A model generated the notes under the pieces. It did no database searches and had not been told where the DNA came from. It worked only from the letters and a program-made list of their open reading frames with translations. DNA of 64,000 nucleotides from Bacteroidales bacterium (GTDB lineage: Bacteria > Bacteroidota > Bacteroidia > Bacteroidales > UBA12077). Of this stretch, positions 28,651 through 40,220 are shown in pieces. The stretch lies in the NCBI GenBank assembly GCA_028282585.1, contig JANQHR010000040.1, positions 1-64,000 of the forward strand, given 5' to 3'. Both the position numbers and the translations under genes were made by a program. The first letter of the stretch is position 1. Every line of letters begins with the position of its first letter.

Positions 28651-31026
28651 CTATTCGTATCTAAGTGATTGTGCTGGGTTTTGCAATGCCGCTGAATATA
28701 CTCTCCAAACTATTGTAATAATCGAAGTAAGTATAATAATTGCTAATGGCACTGTAAAACTTATTGAATTTGGACTCATATGCACTGAGAAAACACTTTC
28801 CATTAGCATTATTGACATATAATATCCTGCAGTACAACCTAGTACCGATGCTATAATTATTAGTATAGTAAAAGGACGTGTAATGATCAACATAATCTTT
28901 GGAATTGATGCTCCATGAACTTTCCGAATACCGACCTCTTTTGTTCGGTTGATAACACTTAAACTTACCAAGGTATATAATCCTAATGCTGACAACAATA
29001 AAGCACAGATTGCCAAAAATATAAACATAATTTTTATGTTCTTATTAACCTCTTTAGATTCCTCCAACAACTCCTCTTGATATTCTCCCTCATACGGGTA
29101 ATTAGGAACAAGTTCTGACCATTCCTTTTTCAGAAATTCATTTACTTCTGATAAATTTTCTGCAGAAGTACGAATAACAATTCTTCCATAATTTTCCTCA
29201 GGAGCAGCTCTATAAATTAATGGTTCAATAGGTGCCCATGAGCCATACAAATAAACATTTTTTGATACCCCTGTAATTTGTAAAGGTAATGTATCATTAA
29301 CGTAAACTGTCTTACCGATTGGATCATCAAAACCAAAATCCTTTACAAATTTCTCATTTACAATTACATTATTATCTGCAATATCACCAGCAAGATTTTC
29401 TTTATTAAAACCTCTGCCTTCCACAATTTTTACCTTCATAGTATTCAAATAATCAAAACCTACGTGCATCATGTTGGTTTCAATTTGCTGATCTAGATAT
29501 TTTATAGATCTGTTATAGTTTCCATATCCAATATGATAACTTGTTCCTGCGTACATCTCAATTTTTGGATTCTCTTTAACAACTGATTCAAATGGTTTAT
29601 AATCATTATTGTTATGCATACTAAGAACAATCAGATTGTCTTTTTCATAACCAAGATCCATATTTTCCTGGAAAACTGCATTTTGAGCAAACATCACTCC
29701 CATAACTAATGCAGTAACAGAAGTAAAATACTGAAATCCTAATAAAAACCTTGATAAAATATTTTTACTTTTCAGCTTTAAACTAGCCCTGAAAATTTTT
29801 ACCGGATTAAACCTGCTTATGTAAAAAGCCGGATAAGCCCCTGCTAATAAAGAAGTAAATATCCAAAGTATTAAAACAAAAGATATTAGAGTCGGATCAT
29901 TTCTAAAACTATAGTCCAGTTCCATGTATTCCCACATTGCTGAATACTCAGGAACCAGAAATCCCGCAATAAAAATTCCAAGAATTATAGCTATAAAACT
30001 TATTACTAAATTCTCGCTTATAAATTGCAGAATTATGTGTTTTCTTAAACCTCCAAATACTTTTCTTAATCCAATTTCTTTTAAACGCTTACCTGCAAAC
30101 GAAATAGCAGAATTCATAAAATTGAAGGCTGCAATTATTAAAATCATGATAGCCATAATTGGAGGCACCGAAACTGCCGCCGGGTGAAAACTTGTCCATA
30201 ACCAGGTTGCCCAAACATCCATATCGTTAACAGCTACCTTCAAAGGCTTAGTAAAAAAACTGGTTATTTCCCAATCCTCCCGTGCATCATTTTGAATAGG
30301 TATGTATTTTTTAAGTTGCTCGTTTATTGATGAAATATTTTCATGATCTCTCACTAATAAAAAAGTTGCTGCAACCCAACTATCCCATTTATCGGGCTCC
30401 AACTCCCACATATCCTCAAAATTCTCTAACTGAACCAATAACTCATGACGAAAACTACTGTTAAGCGGAAAGGTTTTATATATGGCCGCAACAATAAAAG
30501 TTATTTCCTCATTTTTATCATTTACAATTGAAATTACTTTGCCTATAGGATCCTCTTCCCCAAAAAATACTTCAGCAATGTTATCACTTATCAGAACATT
30601 TCCTTTTTCCTTTAAAGCATCTTTATTTCCCCTGACGATTTCCAAATCGAAAACCTCACCAAAATTAGGATCAGCAAAACCAACTCTTTTGTTAAATATA
30701 CGCTCTCCACGTTTTATTGGTGAATAAGAACTTCTATATCTTGTAATTTTTTCTACCCCAGTCAAATCCTGTTCTAATAAAGGACCGAGCTTATGTGGTG
30801 TTATACCATATTCTTGATGACGCCCCTGGATCTCCCTGGTAATATTAATTTTATAAATATCCTCAAAGTTAGCGTGTTTTCTATCCCAGTCGTAATCGTA
30901 TTTACTGTTTAGATAGGCCGTAATACACAGGGCCAAAGCCACTGCTAACCCTAAAATATTTGTACCAACAAACAATAGATTCTTCCATAAATACCGAAGA
31001 GAAATGATTAAAAAATTCCTGAACAT
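28651..31026 (-). CDS. ABC transporter permease (duplicated MacB/FtsX type)
   Basis: KEIGLRKVFG and KEVGIRKVHGAS, AGAYPA, NPAQSLRYE. Confidence 0.9.
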   Translation of the reverse strand: MFRNFLIISLRYLWKNLLFVGTNILGLAVALALCITAYLNSKYDYDWDRKHANFEDIYKINITREIQGRHQEYGITPHKLGPLLEQDLTGVEKITRYRSSYSPIKRGERIFNKRVGFADPNFGEVFDLEIVRGNKDALKEKGNVLISDNIAEVFFGEEDPIGKVISIVNDKNEEITFIVAAIYKTFPLNSSFRHELLVQLENFEDMWELEPDKWDSWVAATFLLVRDHENISSINEQLKKYIPIQNDAREDWEITSFFTKPLKVAVNDMDVWATWLWTSFHPAAVSVPPIMAIMILIIAAFNFMNSAISFAGKRLKEIGLRKVFGGLRKHIILQFISENLVISFIAIILGIFIAGFLVPEYSAMWEYMELDYSFRNDPTLISFVLILWIFTSLLAGAYPAFYISRFNPVKIFRASLKLKSKNILSRFLLGFQYFTSVTALVMGVMFAQNAVFQENMDLGYEKDNLIVLSMHNNNDYKPFESVVKENPKIEMYAGTSYHIGYGNYNRSIKYLDQQIETNMMHVGFDYLNTMKVKIVEGRGFNKENLAGDIADNNVIVNEKFVKDFGFDDPIGKTVYVNDTLPLQITGVSKNVYLYGSWAPIEPLIYRAAPEENYGRIVIRTSAENLSEVNEFLKKEWSELVPNYPYEGEYQEELLEESKEVNKNIKIMFIFLAICALLLSALGLYTLVSLSVINRTKEVGIRKVHGASIPKIMLIITRPFTILIIIASVLGCTAGYYMSIMLMESVFSVHMSPNSISFTVPLAIIILTSIITIVWRVYSAALQNPAQSLRYE

Positions 31027-31194
31027 AACTTTCCTGTTTTAGTAGTATTAATCAAAATTAGATTAATCAAGAATCAAGGTCAAGACAAGTTAAATTAAAT
31101 TAAATATATATGCAATGCACTGAAACTACAAAAAACTGTCTTGAATTGATTTCTAATTATCATAAAAGACGTTATAATCTATTTTTCGTTGCAC

Positions 31195-31225
31195 AAAAAA
31201 AGAGCCATTCTCAAAAGAATGGCTC
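31195..31225 (-). terminator. Intrinsic terminator after infB
   Basis: GAGCCATTCT/AGAATGGCTC stem with a U tract on the minus strand. Confidence 0.8.
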
Positions 31226-31247
31226 CATAAAATAAAATTATTAATAA

Positions 31248-34163
31248 TTATAGTGTTTTCTTAACCTCTACTTCTTCGTAACCCTCAACTATATCTCCAA
31301 CTTTAACATCATTAAAGTTTTCAATATTTAATCCACATTCATATCCGGATGCAACTTCTTTAACGTCATCTTTAAATCGCTTAAGTGAACCTAGTACTCC
31401 TGTATAAATTACAATACCTTCTCGAATTAAACGAACTTTTGTATTTCTGTTTATCTTACCTTCTTTCACCATACAACCCGCAATGGTACCGACTTTCTTA
31501 ATTTTAAACGTTTCTCTAACCTCTACGGTTGCAACAATTTCTTCTTTAATATCCGGTGATAACATACCTTCCATTGCATCCCTAACTTCATTGATAGCAT
31601 CATAAATTACAGAATATAATCTAATATCAATTTCTTCTTTCTCAGCTAATTTACGAGCATTCATTGAAGGACGAACCTGGAATCCAATAATAATTGCATT
31701 TGATGTCGCAGCAAGTAGAACATCAGATTCTGAAATTTGACCAACACCTTTATGAATAATATTAACCTGAATTTCTTCAGTACTTAGTTTTATTAAAGAA
31801 TCGGATAATGCCTCGATAGAACCATCCACATCACCTTTTACAATAATATTGATTTCCTGGAAATTACCAATTGCAATACGACGACCAATTTCATCCAAAG
31901 TAATATGCTTTTGAGTTCGCGTACTTTGCTCACGCTGTAATTGTTCCCGTTTATTTGCAATTTCACGTGCTTCCTTATCACTATCCATAACATTGAACTT
32001 GTCACCTGCTTGTGGTGCTCCGTTTAGTCCTAATATCTGAACAGGAGTTGCTGGTCCAACTTCTTCAATTCTCTTACCACGTTCGTTATACATTGCTTTA
32101 GCATGACCAAAAAAGCTTCCCGCTAAAACAACATCGCCAATTTTTAATGTCCCTGCCTCAACTAAAACGGTAGACATGTAACCACGTCCTTTATCTAATT
32201 CGGATTCAATTACAGTACCTAAAGCTTTTTTATCCGGGTTTGCTTTTAAATCAAGCAATTCTGCTTCCAGAAGAACTTTTTCCAATAATTGATCCATATT
32301 GGTTCCCTGTTTTGCAGATATATCTTGTGATTGATACTTTCCTCCCCATTCTTCAACAAGATAATTCATATTTGCCAGCTCTTCTTTTATTTTTTCAGGA
32401 TTAGCTCCTGGCTTATCTATCTTGTTAATTGCAAATACAATTGGCACACCTGCTGCGCTCGCATGGTTAATCGCTTCAACAGTTTGAGGCATTACATTAT
32501 CATCCGCAGACACCACAATAATTGCAATATCAGTAACTTGGGCACCACGAGCACGCATAGCTGTAAATGCTTCGTGACCCGGAGTATCAAGGAATGTTAT
32601 TGTTTTTCCTGTTTCAAGTCCAACACTATAGGCTCCAATATGCTGTGTAATTCCTCCTGCCTCACCGGCAATCACATTAGCTTTACGAATATAGTCAAGC
32701 AATGAAGTTTTACCATGGTCAACATGACCCATAACAGTAACAATTGGAGGTCTTGAATGTAAGTCCTCTTCTTTATCTTCCTCTTCCTTAATTGCTTCTT
32801 GAACTTCTACACTAATAAATTCTACTTTATAATTAAACTCATCAGCAACCAAAGCCATGGTTTCAGCGTCAAGTCTTTGATTAATTGAAACCAACAATCC
32901 TAAGTTCATACAAACCGATATTACATCTGTTGCAGGCACTGCCATCATGGCGGCTAGTTCATTAACCGACACAAACTCTGTTACCTTTAGGATTTGCTTT
33001 TCTGCTTCTTGCTTTTCAAGCTCTTCCTGTTGTTTTTGACTTATCGCATCGCGCTTTTCGCGGCGATGTTTTGCTCCTTTTGATTTACCTTTTGTAGTTA
33101 AACGAGCTAACGTATCTTTAATTTGCTTTTGAACGTCCTCTTCACTAATCTCAGGACGTAATTGTTTCTTTTTCTTCTTTTTAGATCTAAATTGCTCTCG
33201 ATCTTCTTGTTTTTTTTGTGGTTGTCCCTGCTTCTTTTGACCTTCCTCACCTGGTTTTACTTCTACCTTATCTTTGTGTATACGTTTTCTTTTTTTCTTT
33301 TTATTCTTTTGATCATCAGACGAAGAAGCTACAGGCTCTTTTTTCTTTTCTTTTGGTTTTTCTGGCAAATCAATTTTTCCAACAACTGTTGGCCCCGATA
33401 ATTTTTCTACCGATGACTTATAAACTGAATCTGCCTGAGGTTTCTCCTGTTCAGGTTCTTTCTTTACTTCTTCTGCTTTTCTTTTCTTTTCTGCTTCTTG
33501 TTTTACTATTTCTTCTCTTTTCTTAGCCTCCTCAGCCTTTCTCTTCTTATCAGCTTCCTGTTTTGCAACTCGCTCTTCTTCCTCTCGCTGTTTTTTGCTT
33601 TTTTTATCTGGTCTTGTCTTTTGATTTAATGAATCTAAATCAATTTTTCCAACCACTTTAACAGGTTCTTGGCTTTCAGGTTCAGTTTCTTTTTCTTCTT
33701 TCTTTTCTATTTTCTGTGGAGCTTCAACTTTTTCTTCTACAACAGGTTCTTCTTTAATTTCAACAGGTTCTTTCTCTTCTTCAACTTCCTCTTCTATTTC
33801 CGGCTTAGGAGTAACTGGTTTAGTGGAACTACTAACATCCTTAATAATTATTTCTTCATCTTTTTCAAATGACTCTTCTTCTTCTTCAACTTTTTCTTCT
33901 ACATCCTCTTTAATATCATTAATTGATATTGTCTCATTTTTAGTTCTAAGCTGATTCAAACTGAGTTTTTCAGATTCTTTTTTTAGGTCTACATCCGTAC
34001 TATATTCCTCCACCAGTAGATTGTACAATTCTGGTGCAATTTTAGTATTAGGATTGGAATCTATATTAAAACCTTTCTTTTTAAGAAAATCAACAATCGT
34101 TGATATTCCAACATTAAATTCTCTCGCTGCCTTACTTAATCTTGTTGCTTTACCTGTTGTCAT
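31248..34163 (-). CDS. infB: Translation initiation factor IF-2
   Basis: [30 protein letters not shown]. Confidence 0.98.
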   Translation of the reverse strand: MTTGKATRLSKAAREFNVGISTIVDFLKKKGFNIDSNPNTKIAPELYNLLVEEYSTDVDLKKESEKLSLNQLRTKNETISINDIKEDVEEKVEEEEESFEKDEEIIIKDVSSSTKPVTPKPEIEEEVEEEKEPVEIKEEPVVEEKVEAPQKIEKKEEKETEPESQEPVKVVGKIDLDSLNQKTRPDKKSKKQREEEERVAKQEADKKRKAEEAKKREEIVKQEAEKKRKAEEVKKEPEQEKPQADSVYKSSVEKLSGPTVVGKIDLPEKPKEKKKEPVASSSDDQKNKKKKRKRIHKDKVEVKPGEEGQKKQGQPQKKQEDREQFRSKKKKKKQLRPEISEEDVQKQIKDTLARLTTKGKSKGAKHRREKRDAISQKQQEELEKQEAEKQILKVTEFVSVNELAAMMAVPATDVISVCMNLGLLVSINQRLDAETMALVADEFNYKVEFISVEVQEAIKEEEDKEEDLHSRPPIVTVMGHVDHGKTSLLDYIRKANVIAGEAGGITQHIGAYSVGLETGKTITFLDTPGHEAFTAMRARGAQVTDIAIIVVSADDNVMPQTVEAINHASAAGVPIVFAINKIDKPGANPEKIKEELANMNYLVEEWGGKYQSQDISAKQGTNMDQLLEKVLLEAELLDLKANPDKKALGTVIESELDKGRGYMSTVLVEAGTLKIGDVVLAGSFFGHAKAMYNERGKRIEEVGPATPVQILGLNGAPQAGDKFNVMDSDKEAREIANKREQLQREQSTRTQKHITLDEIGRRIAIGNFQEINIIVKGDVDGSIEALSDSLIKLSTEEIQVNIIHKGVGQISESDVLLAATSNAIIIGFQVRPSMNARKLAEKEEIDIRLYSVIYDAINEVRDAMEGMLSPDIKEEIVATVEVRETFKIKKVGTIAGCMVKEGKINRNTKVRLIREGIVIYTGVLGSLKRFKDDVKEVASGYECGLNIENFNDVKVGDIVEGYEEVEVKKTL

Positions 34164-34233
34164 ATTGTAATTCTAAACCAATTTTATATTTCCCAAAACT
34201 AAATTTCTGCTAATTTATAACTAAAGTAATGAA

Positions 34234-35472
34234 TTATTCAAATTCTGATTTGAAAATCTGAATAATTTCATCAACTGTTTCTTCCTCTAAATCAGTTCTT
34301 TTAATTAAATCTTCCCGTGATAACTCAAGAACACTCTTAGCTGTATCACATCCTACAGCCTTTAGTGCATCTAAAACCCAACCTTCAATCTCATCTGCAA
34401 ATTCATCTATATTAACATCTTCTTCGTCTTCTTCATCAGTTTCACGGTAAACATCAATTTCATATCCGGTAAGCTGACTTGCCAATTTAATGTTTAAACC
34501 TCCTTTACCAATTGCCAAAGATACTTCTTCCGGTAATAAATAAACATCTGCTCGTTTATCTTCTTCGTTAAGTTTTATAGAAATTATCTTAGCCGGGCTT
34601 AATGCTCTCTGAATAAATAATTGTGTATTGTTTGTATAGTTAATTACATCAATATTTTCATTTCTTAATTCTCGAACAATTCCATGAATTCTTGAACCTT
34701 TCATACCAACACATGCACCCACAGGATCAATTCTTTCATCGTAGGACTCAACAGCAACTTTGGCTCTTTCTCCCGGAATCCGAACAATATTCTTAATTGT
34801 AATTAATCCATCAAAGATTTCCGGAACCTCAAGTTCAAACAATCTTTCAAGGAAAACCGGGCTAATACGTGATAAAATAATTAACGGATTATTATTTCTC
34901 ATTTCAACACGCACAACAACTGCACGAATTGTATCTCCTTTTCTGAAATAATCCGAAGGTATTTGTTCTGATTTTGGTAAAATCAATTCATTTCCCTCAT
35001 CATCTAACGTAAGAATTTCTTTTTTCCACACCTGATAAACTTCACCTGTTACAATATCTCCAATCTTATCTTTATACTTATTGTAAATATTATTCTTTTC
35101 AAGATCAAGGATTCGGTTTGTTAGATTTTGCCTTAACGCTAAAATTGCCCTGCGCCCAAAATCAAGAAGTTTTACTTCATCTGTAACTTCTTCACCAATT
35201 TCATAATCTTCATCTATCTTTTTAGCTTCCTTTAAAGTAATCTGAAGGTTTGGATCTTCTAACTCTCCCTCTTCAACAACCTCACGGTTTCTCCAAATTT
35301 CAAAATCTCCCTTATCGATATTAATGATTATATCGAAGTTTTCATCAGTTCCAAATTTCTTAAGTAATAAACTACGGAAAACGTCTTCCAGAACTGTCAT
35401 CATCGTTGCACGATCGATATTCTTAAGCTCCTTAAATTCAGAAAAGGTGTCGATCAAATTCAAATTTTCCAT
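34234..35472 (-). CDS. nusA: Transcription termination factor NusA
   Basis: S1/KH domains; DPVGACVGMKGSRI, AIGKGG. Confidence 0.97.
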   Translation of the reverse strand: MENLNLIDTFSEFKELKNIDRATMMTVLEDVFRSLLLKKFGTDENFDIIINIDKGDFEIWRNREVVEEGELEDPNLQITLKEAKKIDEDYEIGEEVTDEVKLLDFGRRAILALRQNLTNRILDLEKNNIYNKYKDKIGDIVTGEVYQVWKKEILTLDDEGNELILPKSEQIPSDYFRKGDTIRAVVVRVEMRNNNPLIILSRISPVFLERLFELEVPEIFDGLITIKNIVRIPGERAKVAVESYDERIDPVGACVGMKGSRIHGIVRELRNENIDVINYTNNTQLFIQRALSPAKIISIKLNEEDKRADVYLLPEEVSLAIGKGGLNIKLASQLTGYEIDVYRETDEEDEEDVNIDEFADEIEGWVLDALKAVGCDTAKSVLELSREDLIKRTDLEEETVDEIIQIFKSEFE

Positions 35473-35492
35473 TCTACTTATATATTTTTAGC

Positions 35493-35960
35493 TTATTTAA
35501 ACTTTATAATAACCTTTGTTGACTTTACCTGATCGTAAGCATAGTTATGTTTTTCAATCACATTTTGCTTTTTCTTCTTACCCTCAACTTTTACCATTTT
35601 AGATTCTTCAATTTCAAATTCATTTTCGGTAACATTTGAAAGTATTCCTTTTATCTTAATTCCTTCTGTTGTAATTATTTCAACATCTTTCCCAATATTC
35701 TTTTTATATTGCTCAATTACTCTAAAAGGCTCTGATAAACCAGCAGAAGAAACCTCTAACTCAAAATCTTCTGCATCTCGGTCCAGCTTACTTTCTACTA
35801 AACGACTAACCTCAACACAATCATCAATTGTAAATCCCTCCATACTATCAATTAAAATATTGATCTTATTCGACGAACTTACGTTTATATCAACTATAAA
35901 AGCTTCTTTTTCCTTTATAATGTCCGATATAATTTCTTGTATAGCTTCTTTCGTTATCAT
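35493..35960 (-). CDS. rimP: Ribosome maturation factor RimP
   Basis: DDCVEVSR and LEVSSAG motifs; first gene of rimP-nusA-infB. Confidence 0.93.
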   Translation of the reverse strand: MITKEAIQEIISDIIKEKEAFIVDINVSSSNKINILIDSMEGFTIDDCVEVSRLVESKLDRDAEDFELEVSSAGLSEPFRVIEQYKKNIGKDVEIITTEGIKIKGILSNVTENEFEIEESKMVKVEGKKKKQNVIEKHNYAYDQVKSTKVIIKFK

Positions 35961-35983
35961 TGCTTTGAATTAAGATAATAATA

Positions 35984-36035
35984 AAGGGGACTATGTCCCC
36001 TTACACAAATCAAGCATAATTCAGCCGCAAAAGTA
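35984..36035 (-). promoter_or_regulatory. rimP promoter and GC-rich leader hairpin
   Basis: -7 box TACTTTTG (36035-36028); hairpin AAGGGGAC/GTCCCCTT (35984-36002) in the 5' UTR. Confidence 0.6.
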
Positions 36036-36192
36036 TAAATAAACTTACAAATCTCAAAATTATTAATCTGAAAATTAGGGTTTTTTGAGTTATTTGAATC
36101 AATTATTTCTTAAATTGTGTTTTAGCATGATCATTTAAGCTAGTGATTTACCTAAAATCTTTTATTTTTGCTATTTACTAATACTTCCTGAT

Positions 36193-37452
36193 GTGCAAGA
36201 AAATTGGCAAAATAAGAGAAAAATTGTAAATGATCCTGTTTATGGATTAATCAATATTCCTTCAGAGACTGTTTATGATATAATTGAGCATAAATATTTT
36301 CAAAGATTACGAAGAATAAAACAATTAGGTTTAACTGACTATGTATATCCGGGAGCTGAACACACCAGGTTTCAACATACTTTAGGAGCGGTTCATTTAT
36401 TAACTCTTGCAATCAATGTTCTTAAATCTAAAAATATTGAGATTACAGAAGAGGAAGAGGAGGCGGTTTCGCTGGCAATTTTACTTCACGATATTGGACA
36501 TGGTCCTTTTTCACATACATTGGAAAAAATTATCGTTGAAAAGTATAGCCATGAGGAACTTTCAATTCTTTTCATGGAATCTTTAAATGAAGAATTTAAT
36601 GGCAAGTTAAGTTTAGCAATTAAAATTTTCAAAAATCAATATCACAAAAAATTCTTACATCAGTTAGTTTCAAGCCAACTTGATGTTGACAGGCTTGATT
36701 ATTTGCGAAGGGATAGCTTTTATACCGGGGTTTCGGAAGGCATTGTAAGTTCAGACAGAATTATTAAAATGCTTAACGTAGTTAACGATCAATTGGTTGT
36801 TGAAGCAAAAGGAACTCATTCCATAGAAAAATTCCTTATAGCCCGTTGGTTAATGTATTGGCAGGTTTATTTACATAAAACCGTTGTGTCAGTTGAGCAA
36901 TTGCTTATTAAAATAATGATGCGAGTAAAATCCCTGATTTCTAATGATGAAGAAGTTTTTCTAAATAAAAATCTAGCTCTACTTTTAAAAAATCCAGCTT
37001 TATCCAACATTGAAAATAAAGATTTACTCAATGCTTTTTCTTCTATTGACGATACCGACATTTTTAGTTCTTTAAAAGAATGGGTTCATTCATCAGATCA
37101 TATATTATCTGCACTTGTTAACAAATTATTATATCGTAGGTTATTTAAAATAGAAATACAGGATTCTCCTTTTGATCAAAACAAAATTGATGATTTAAAG
37201 GATGAAGTATTTAAAAAAATGAATATCTCAAAAGATGATATTGATTATTTTGTTTTTACGAACAATATAAGTAAAAATGCATATAGTGCGTTTGATGATA
37301 AGATTCGGATTTTATACAAAAACGGTGAGCTTGTTGACATTACTGAAGCTTCAGACATGTTAAACATGTCAATATTATCAAAAACCGTTCGTAAATATTT
37401 TTTGTGTTATCCGAAAGAAATAGTTTCTAATTCAAATTCACAATCCTTATAG
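36193..37452 (+). CDS. HD-domain phosphohydrolase (dNTPase/SAMHD1-like)
   Basis: QRLRRIKQLG, HTRFQH, LLHDIGHGPFSH, DVDRLDYLRRD. Confidence 0.92.
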   Translation: MQENWQNKRKIVNDPVYGLINIPSETVYDIIEHKYFQRLRRIKQLGLTDYVYPGAEHTRFQHTLGAVHLLTLAINVLKSKNIEITEEEEEAVSLAILLHDIGHGPFSHTLEKIIVEKYSHEELSILFMESLNEEFNGKLSLAIKIFKNQYHKKFLHQLVSSQLDVDRLDYLRRDSFYTGVSEGIVSSDRIIKMLNVVNDQLVVEAKGTHSIEKFLIARWLMYWQVYLHKTVVSVEQLLIKIMMRVKSLISNDEEVFLNKNLALLLKNPALSNIENKDLLNAFSSIDDTDIFSSLKEWVHSSDHILSALVNKLLYRRLFKIEIQDSPFDQNKIDDLKDEVFKKMNISKDDIDYFVFTNNISKNAYSAFDDKIRILYKNGELVDITEASDMLNMSILSKTVRKYFLCYPKEIVSNSNSQSL

Positions 37453-37664
37453 TAACTTTTTACTTGCTTAAAGTTTTTAGAATTATATAGGACATAATGA
37501 AAATATAGAATTTTGTATTGCTTTTTATTTTCGAAATTTTCCAACACTCCATTCATCCCTTTTATTAGCAAACTAAAATCGCGATCTTAATTTAGCTACT
37601 TGAATCATACTAATTATTAATATTAATACTATTTTTGTCGATATACATTTTAAACCTAATAAAA

Positions 37665-38702
37665 ATGGAATTTACCGCGAAGGCTATTGCCGAATTTTTG
37701 CAAGGAGAAGTTGTTGGAGATCCTGAAGTCAAAGTAAATAATGTTGCTAAAATAGAAGAAGCCTCACCAGGAACTCTAGCTTTTCTTTCTAATCCAAAAT
37801 ACAATAAATATTTATATACTACGGAAGCTTCTATTGTTCTAATAAACTTAGACATGGAACTTGAAAAGGAAGTTTCTGCAACATTGATAAAAGTTGAAAA
37901 TGCTTATGAAAGTTTTGCTAAACTTTTAGAACTTGCTGAGCAGGCCAGGCCAATTAAACAAGGCGTTTCTGAATTAGCCTTTATAGAAAAATCCGCCACA
38001 ATAGGCGATGGTGCTTATATTGCCCCATTTGTTTATATAGGAGAGAATGTTGTTATTGAAGACAATGTTAAACTATTCCCACATGTTTTTATTGATGATA
38101 ACGTTACCGTAAAAAAGAACTCTACATTAAATTCGGGAGTAAAAGTATATCATGAATGTAAAATTGGAGAAAACTGTATAATTCATGCAGGTGCTGTAAT
38201 TGGATCAGATGGTTTTGGTTTTGCTCCTGACGAAAACAATGTATACAGAAAAATCCCTCAATTAGGAAATGTGATAATTGAAAATAATGTTGAAGTAGGA
38301 TCCAATACTACTATTGATAGAGCAACAATGGGATCAACCATCGTTAAACAAGGTGTTAAATTAGATAACTTAAACCAAATAGGACACAATGTTCAAATTG
38401 GTGAAAATACAGTTATAGCAGCTCAGAGTGGTATCGCAGGAACAACAAAAATTGGTAAAAATTGTCAGTTTGGTGGGCAATCGGGTATAGCACCGCATAT
38501 TCAGATTGCAGATGGTGTAAAAGTTACTCCTCAAGCCGGGATTCCAAACAGTATTAAAGAACCAGGAAGCATTGTAATGGGAACACCTGCTTTTAATATA
38601 AGAGAGTTCCAAAGATCATTTATTGTTTACAAACAACTACCCGATCTATTTAAAAGAGTCAAAGAACTAGAAAACGAAATTAGAAGACTTAAAGGGGAAT
38701 AA
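37665..38702 (+). CDS. lpxD: UDP-3-O-acylglucosamine N-acyltransferase
   Basis: ATG 37665 (MEFTAK); hexapeptide repeats; GSDGFGF, TIDRA, KLDN. Confidence 0.95.
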   Translation: MEFTAKAIAEFLQGEVVGDPEVKVNNVAKIEEASPGTLAFLSNPKYNKYLYTTEASIVLINLDMELEKEVSATLIKVENAYESFAKLLELAEQARPIKQGVSELAFIEKSATIGDGAYIAPFVYIGENVVIEDNVKLFPHVFIDDNVTVKKNSTLNSGVKVYHECKIGENCIIHAGAVIGSDGFGFAPDENNVYRKIPQLGNVIIENNVEVGSNTTIDRATMGSTIVKQGVKLDNLNQIGHNVQIGENTVIAAQSGIAGTTKIGKNCQFGGQSGIAPHIQIADGVKVTPQAGIPNSIKEPGSIVMGTPAFNIREFQRSFIVYKQLPDLFKRVKELENEIRRLKGE

Positions 38703-38818
38703 AAACAATTTACCTTTACTTAAAATTATTATTCGAATTTCTTATAAGGTTATTTAATAAGTTTTTTTGTAACTTGCGGCGTTTTTTTTATACTTGAAAT
38801 TATTTTAAAAATTATAAT

Positions 38819-40210
38819 ATGTCGCAAATGCAAAAAACACTTCGTGCTCCCGTATCAATTAAAGGGAAAGGATTACATACAGGATACGACGTTGCTGTAA
38901 CATTCAAACCTGCTCCGGAAAATCACGGGTACAAATTTCAACGTGTTGATTTAGAAGGAAAACCTTTCATAAATGCAGATGCCGATAATGTTGTGGAAAC
39001 ATCAAGGGGAACAGTTCTGGAAGAGAATGGAGTACGCATTCATACGATAGAACACATGTTAGCTTCTCTTGTAGGATTTGAAGTTGACAATGTATTAATT
39101 GAAATGTCAGGCCCTGAAGCACCAATTCTTGATGGTAGCGCAATTAAATATGTTGAAGCTATAAAATCTGTTGGAATTCAGGAACAAAATGTAGAAAGAA
39201 ATTTCTACGAAATAAAAGAAAGAACAGTATTTCGCGACGAAAAGAACAATGTTGAGTTAGTTGCATATCCTGATACAGAATTTTCTGTTGATGTAATGGT
39301 CGACTATAACTCAAAAGTTTTAGGACACCAATATGCTTCCTACCATCCAACACATGACTTCGAAAATGAAATAGCTCCTTCAAGAACTTTTGTGTTTTTT
39401 CATGAATTGGAGCAACTTTTAAAACATAATCTTATAAAAGGTGGAGATTTGCAGAATGCGATAGTTATTATGGAAAATGAGGTTTCGCAGGAAGAACTTG
39501 ATCGAATGGCTGATTTATTCAACAAACCTCATGTAAAGGTAAAAGAAGGTATTCTTAACAATGTTGATTTAAGGTTTAGCAACGAACCTGCAAGACATAA
39601 ATTACTTGATGTTTTAGGAGATTTAGCATTAATAGGTCAACCGATTAAAGGTAAGATCGTAGCATCAAGGCCTGGGCATTATGCAAATACGCAACTTGCA
39701 AAGGTTATAAAGGAAACAATTAGAAAAGAATTATCAAGAATAGCAATTCCAAAATATGATCCTAATAAAGAACCTGTTTACGATATTAATCAGATTAAGA
39801 ATATGCTTCCTCACAGGTATCCATTCTTGTTGATAGATAAAATTATCGACTTGGATGATAAATCTGTAATTGGTATTAAGAATGTTACCATGAATGAAAA
39901 TTTCTTTTTAGGACATTTCCCTCATGAACCAATTATGCCAGGAGTTCTGCAAATTGAAGCTATGGCTCAGGTAGGAGGTATTTTAGCTTTAAGTAAAGTT
40001 GACGATCCTGAAAATTACGGAACTTTATTCTTAAAAATTGATAAGGTAAGATTTAAAAGAAAGGTAGGGCCCGGTGATACAATTGTTTTTAGATTAGAAT
40101 TATTGGCACCAATTCGTAGAGGTATAGTTAATATGTTCGGACAAGCATTTGTTGGTGACGAACTGGCAATGGAAGGTGAATTAATGGCTCAAATTTCTAA
40201 AATTAAATAA
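38819..40210 (+). CDS. lpxC: Bifunctional LpxC/FabZ
   Basis: GKGLHTG, TIEH, HKLLD (LpxC); LPHRYPFLL, GHFP, EAMAQ (FabZ). Confidence 0.96.
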   Translation: MSQMQKTLRAPVSIKGKGLHTGYDVAVTFKPAPENHGYKFQRVDLEGKPFINADADNVVETSRGTVLEENGVRIHTIEHMLASLVGFEVDNVLIEMSGPEAPILDGSAIKYVEAIKSVGIQEQNVERNFYEIKERTVFRDEKNNVELVAYPDTEFSVDVMVDYNSKVLGHQYASYHPTHDFENEIAPSRTFVFFHELEQLLKHNLIKGGDLQNAIVIMENEVSQEELDRMADLFNKPHVKVKEGILNNVDLRFSNEPARHKLLDVLGDLALIGQPIKGKIVASRPGHYANTQLAKVIKETIRKELSRIAIPKYDPNKEPVYDINQIKNMLPHRYPFLLIDKIIDLDDKSVIGIKNVTMNENFFLGHFPHEPIMPGVLQIEAMAQVGGILALSKVDDPENYGTLFLKIDKVRFKRKVGPGDTIVFRLELLAPIRRGIVNMFGQAFVGDELAMEGELMAQISKIK

Positions 40211-40220
40211 TATAATTCCT

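Noticed and set aside
32331-33872. Plus-strand Phe/Leu-rich ORFs within infB, and other 60-135-aa ORFs nested in or antisense to long genes
   Set aside because: Shadow frames of well-supported genes; the composition mirrors the Lys/Glu-rich IF-2 linker.
37538-37600. CCAACACTCCATTCATCCC stretch between the HD gene and lpxD resembling TTCCA-type intergenic repeats
   Set aside because: Too short and degenerate, and single copy in the window.
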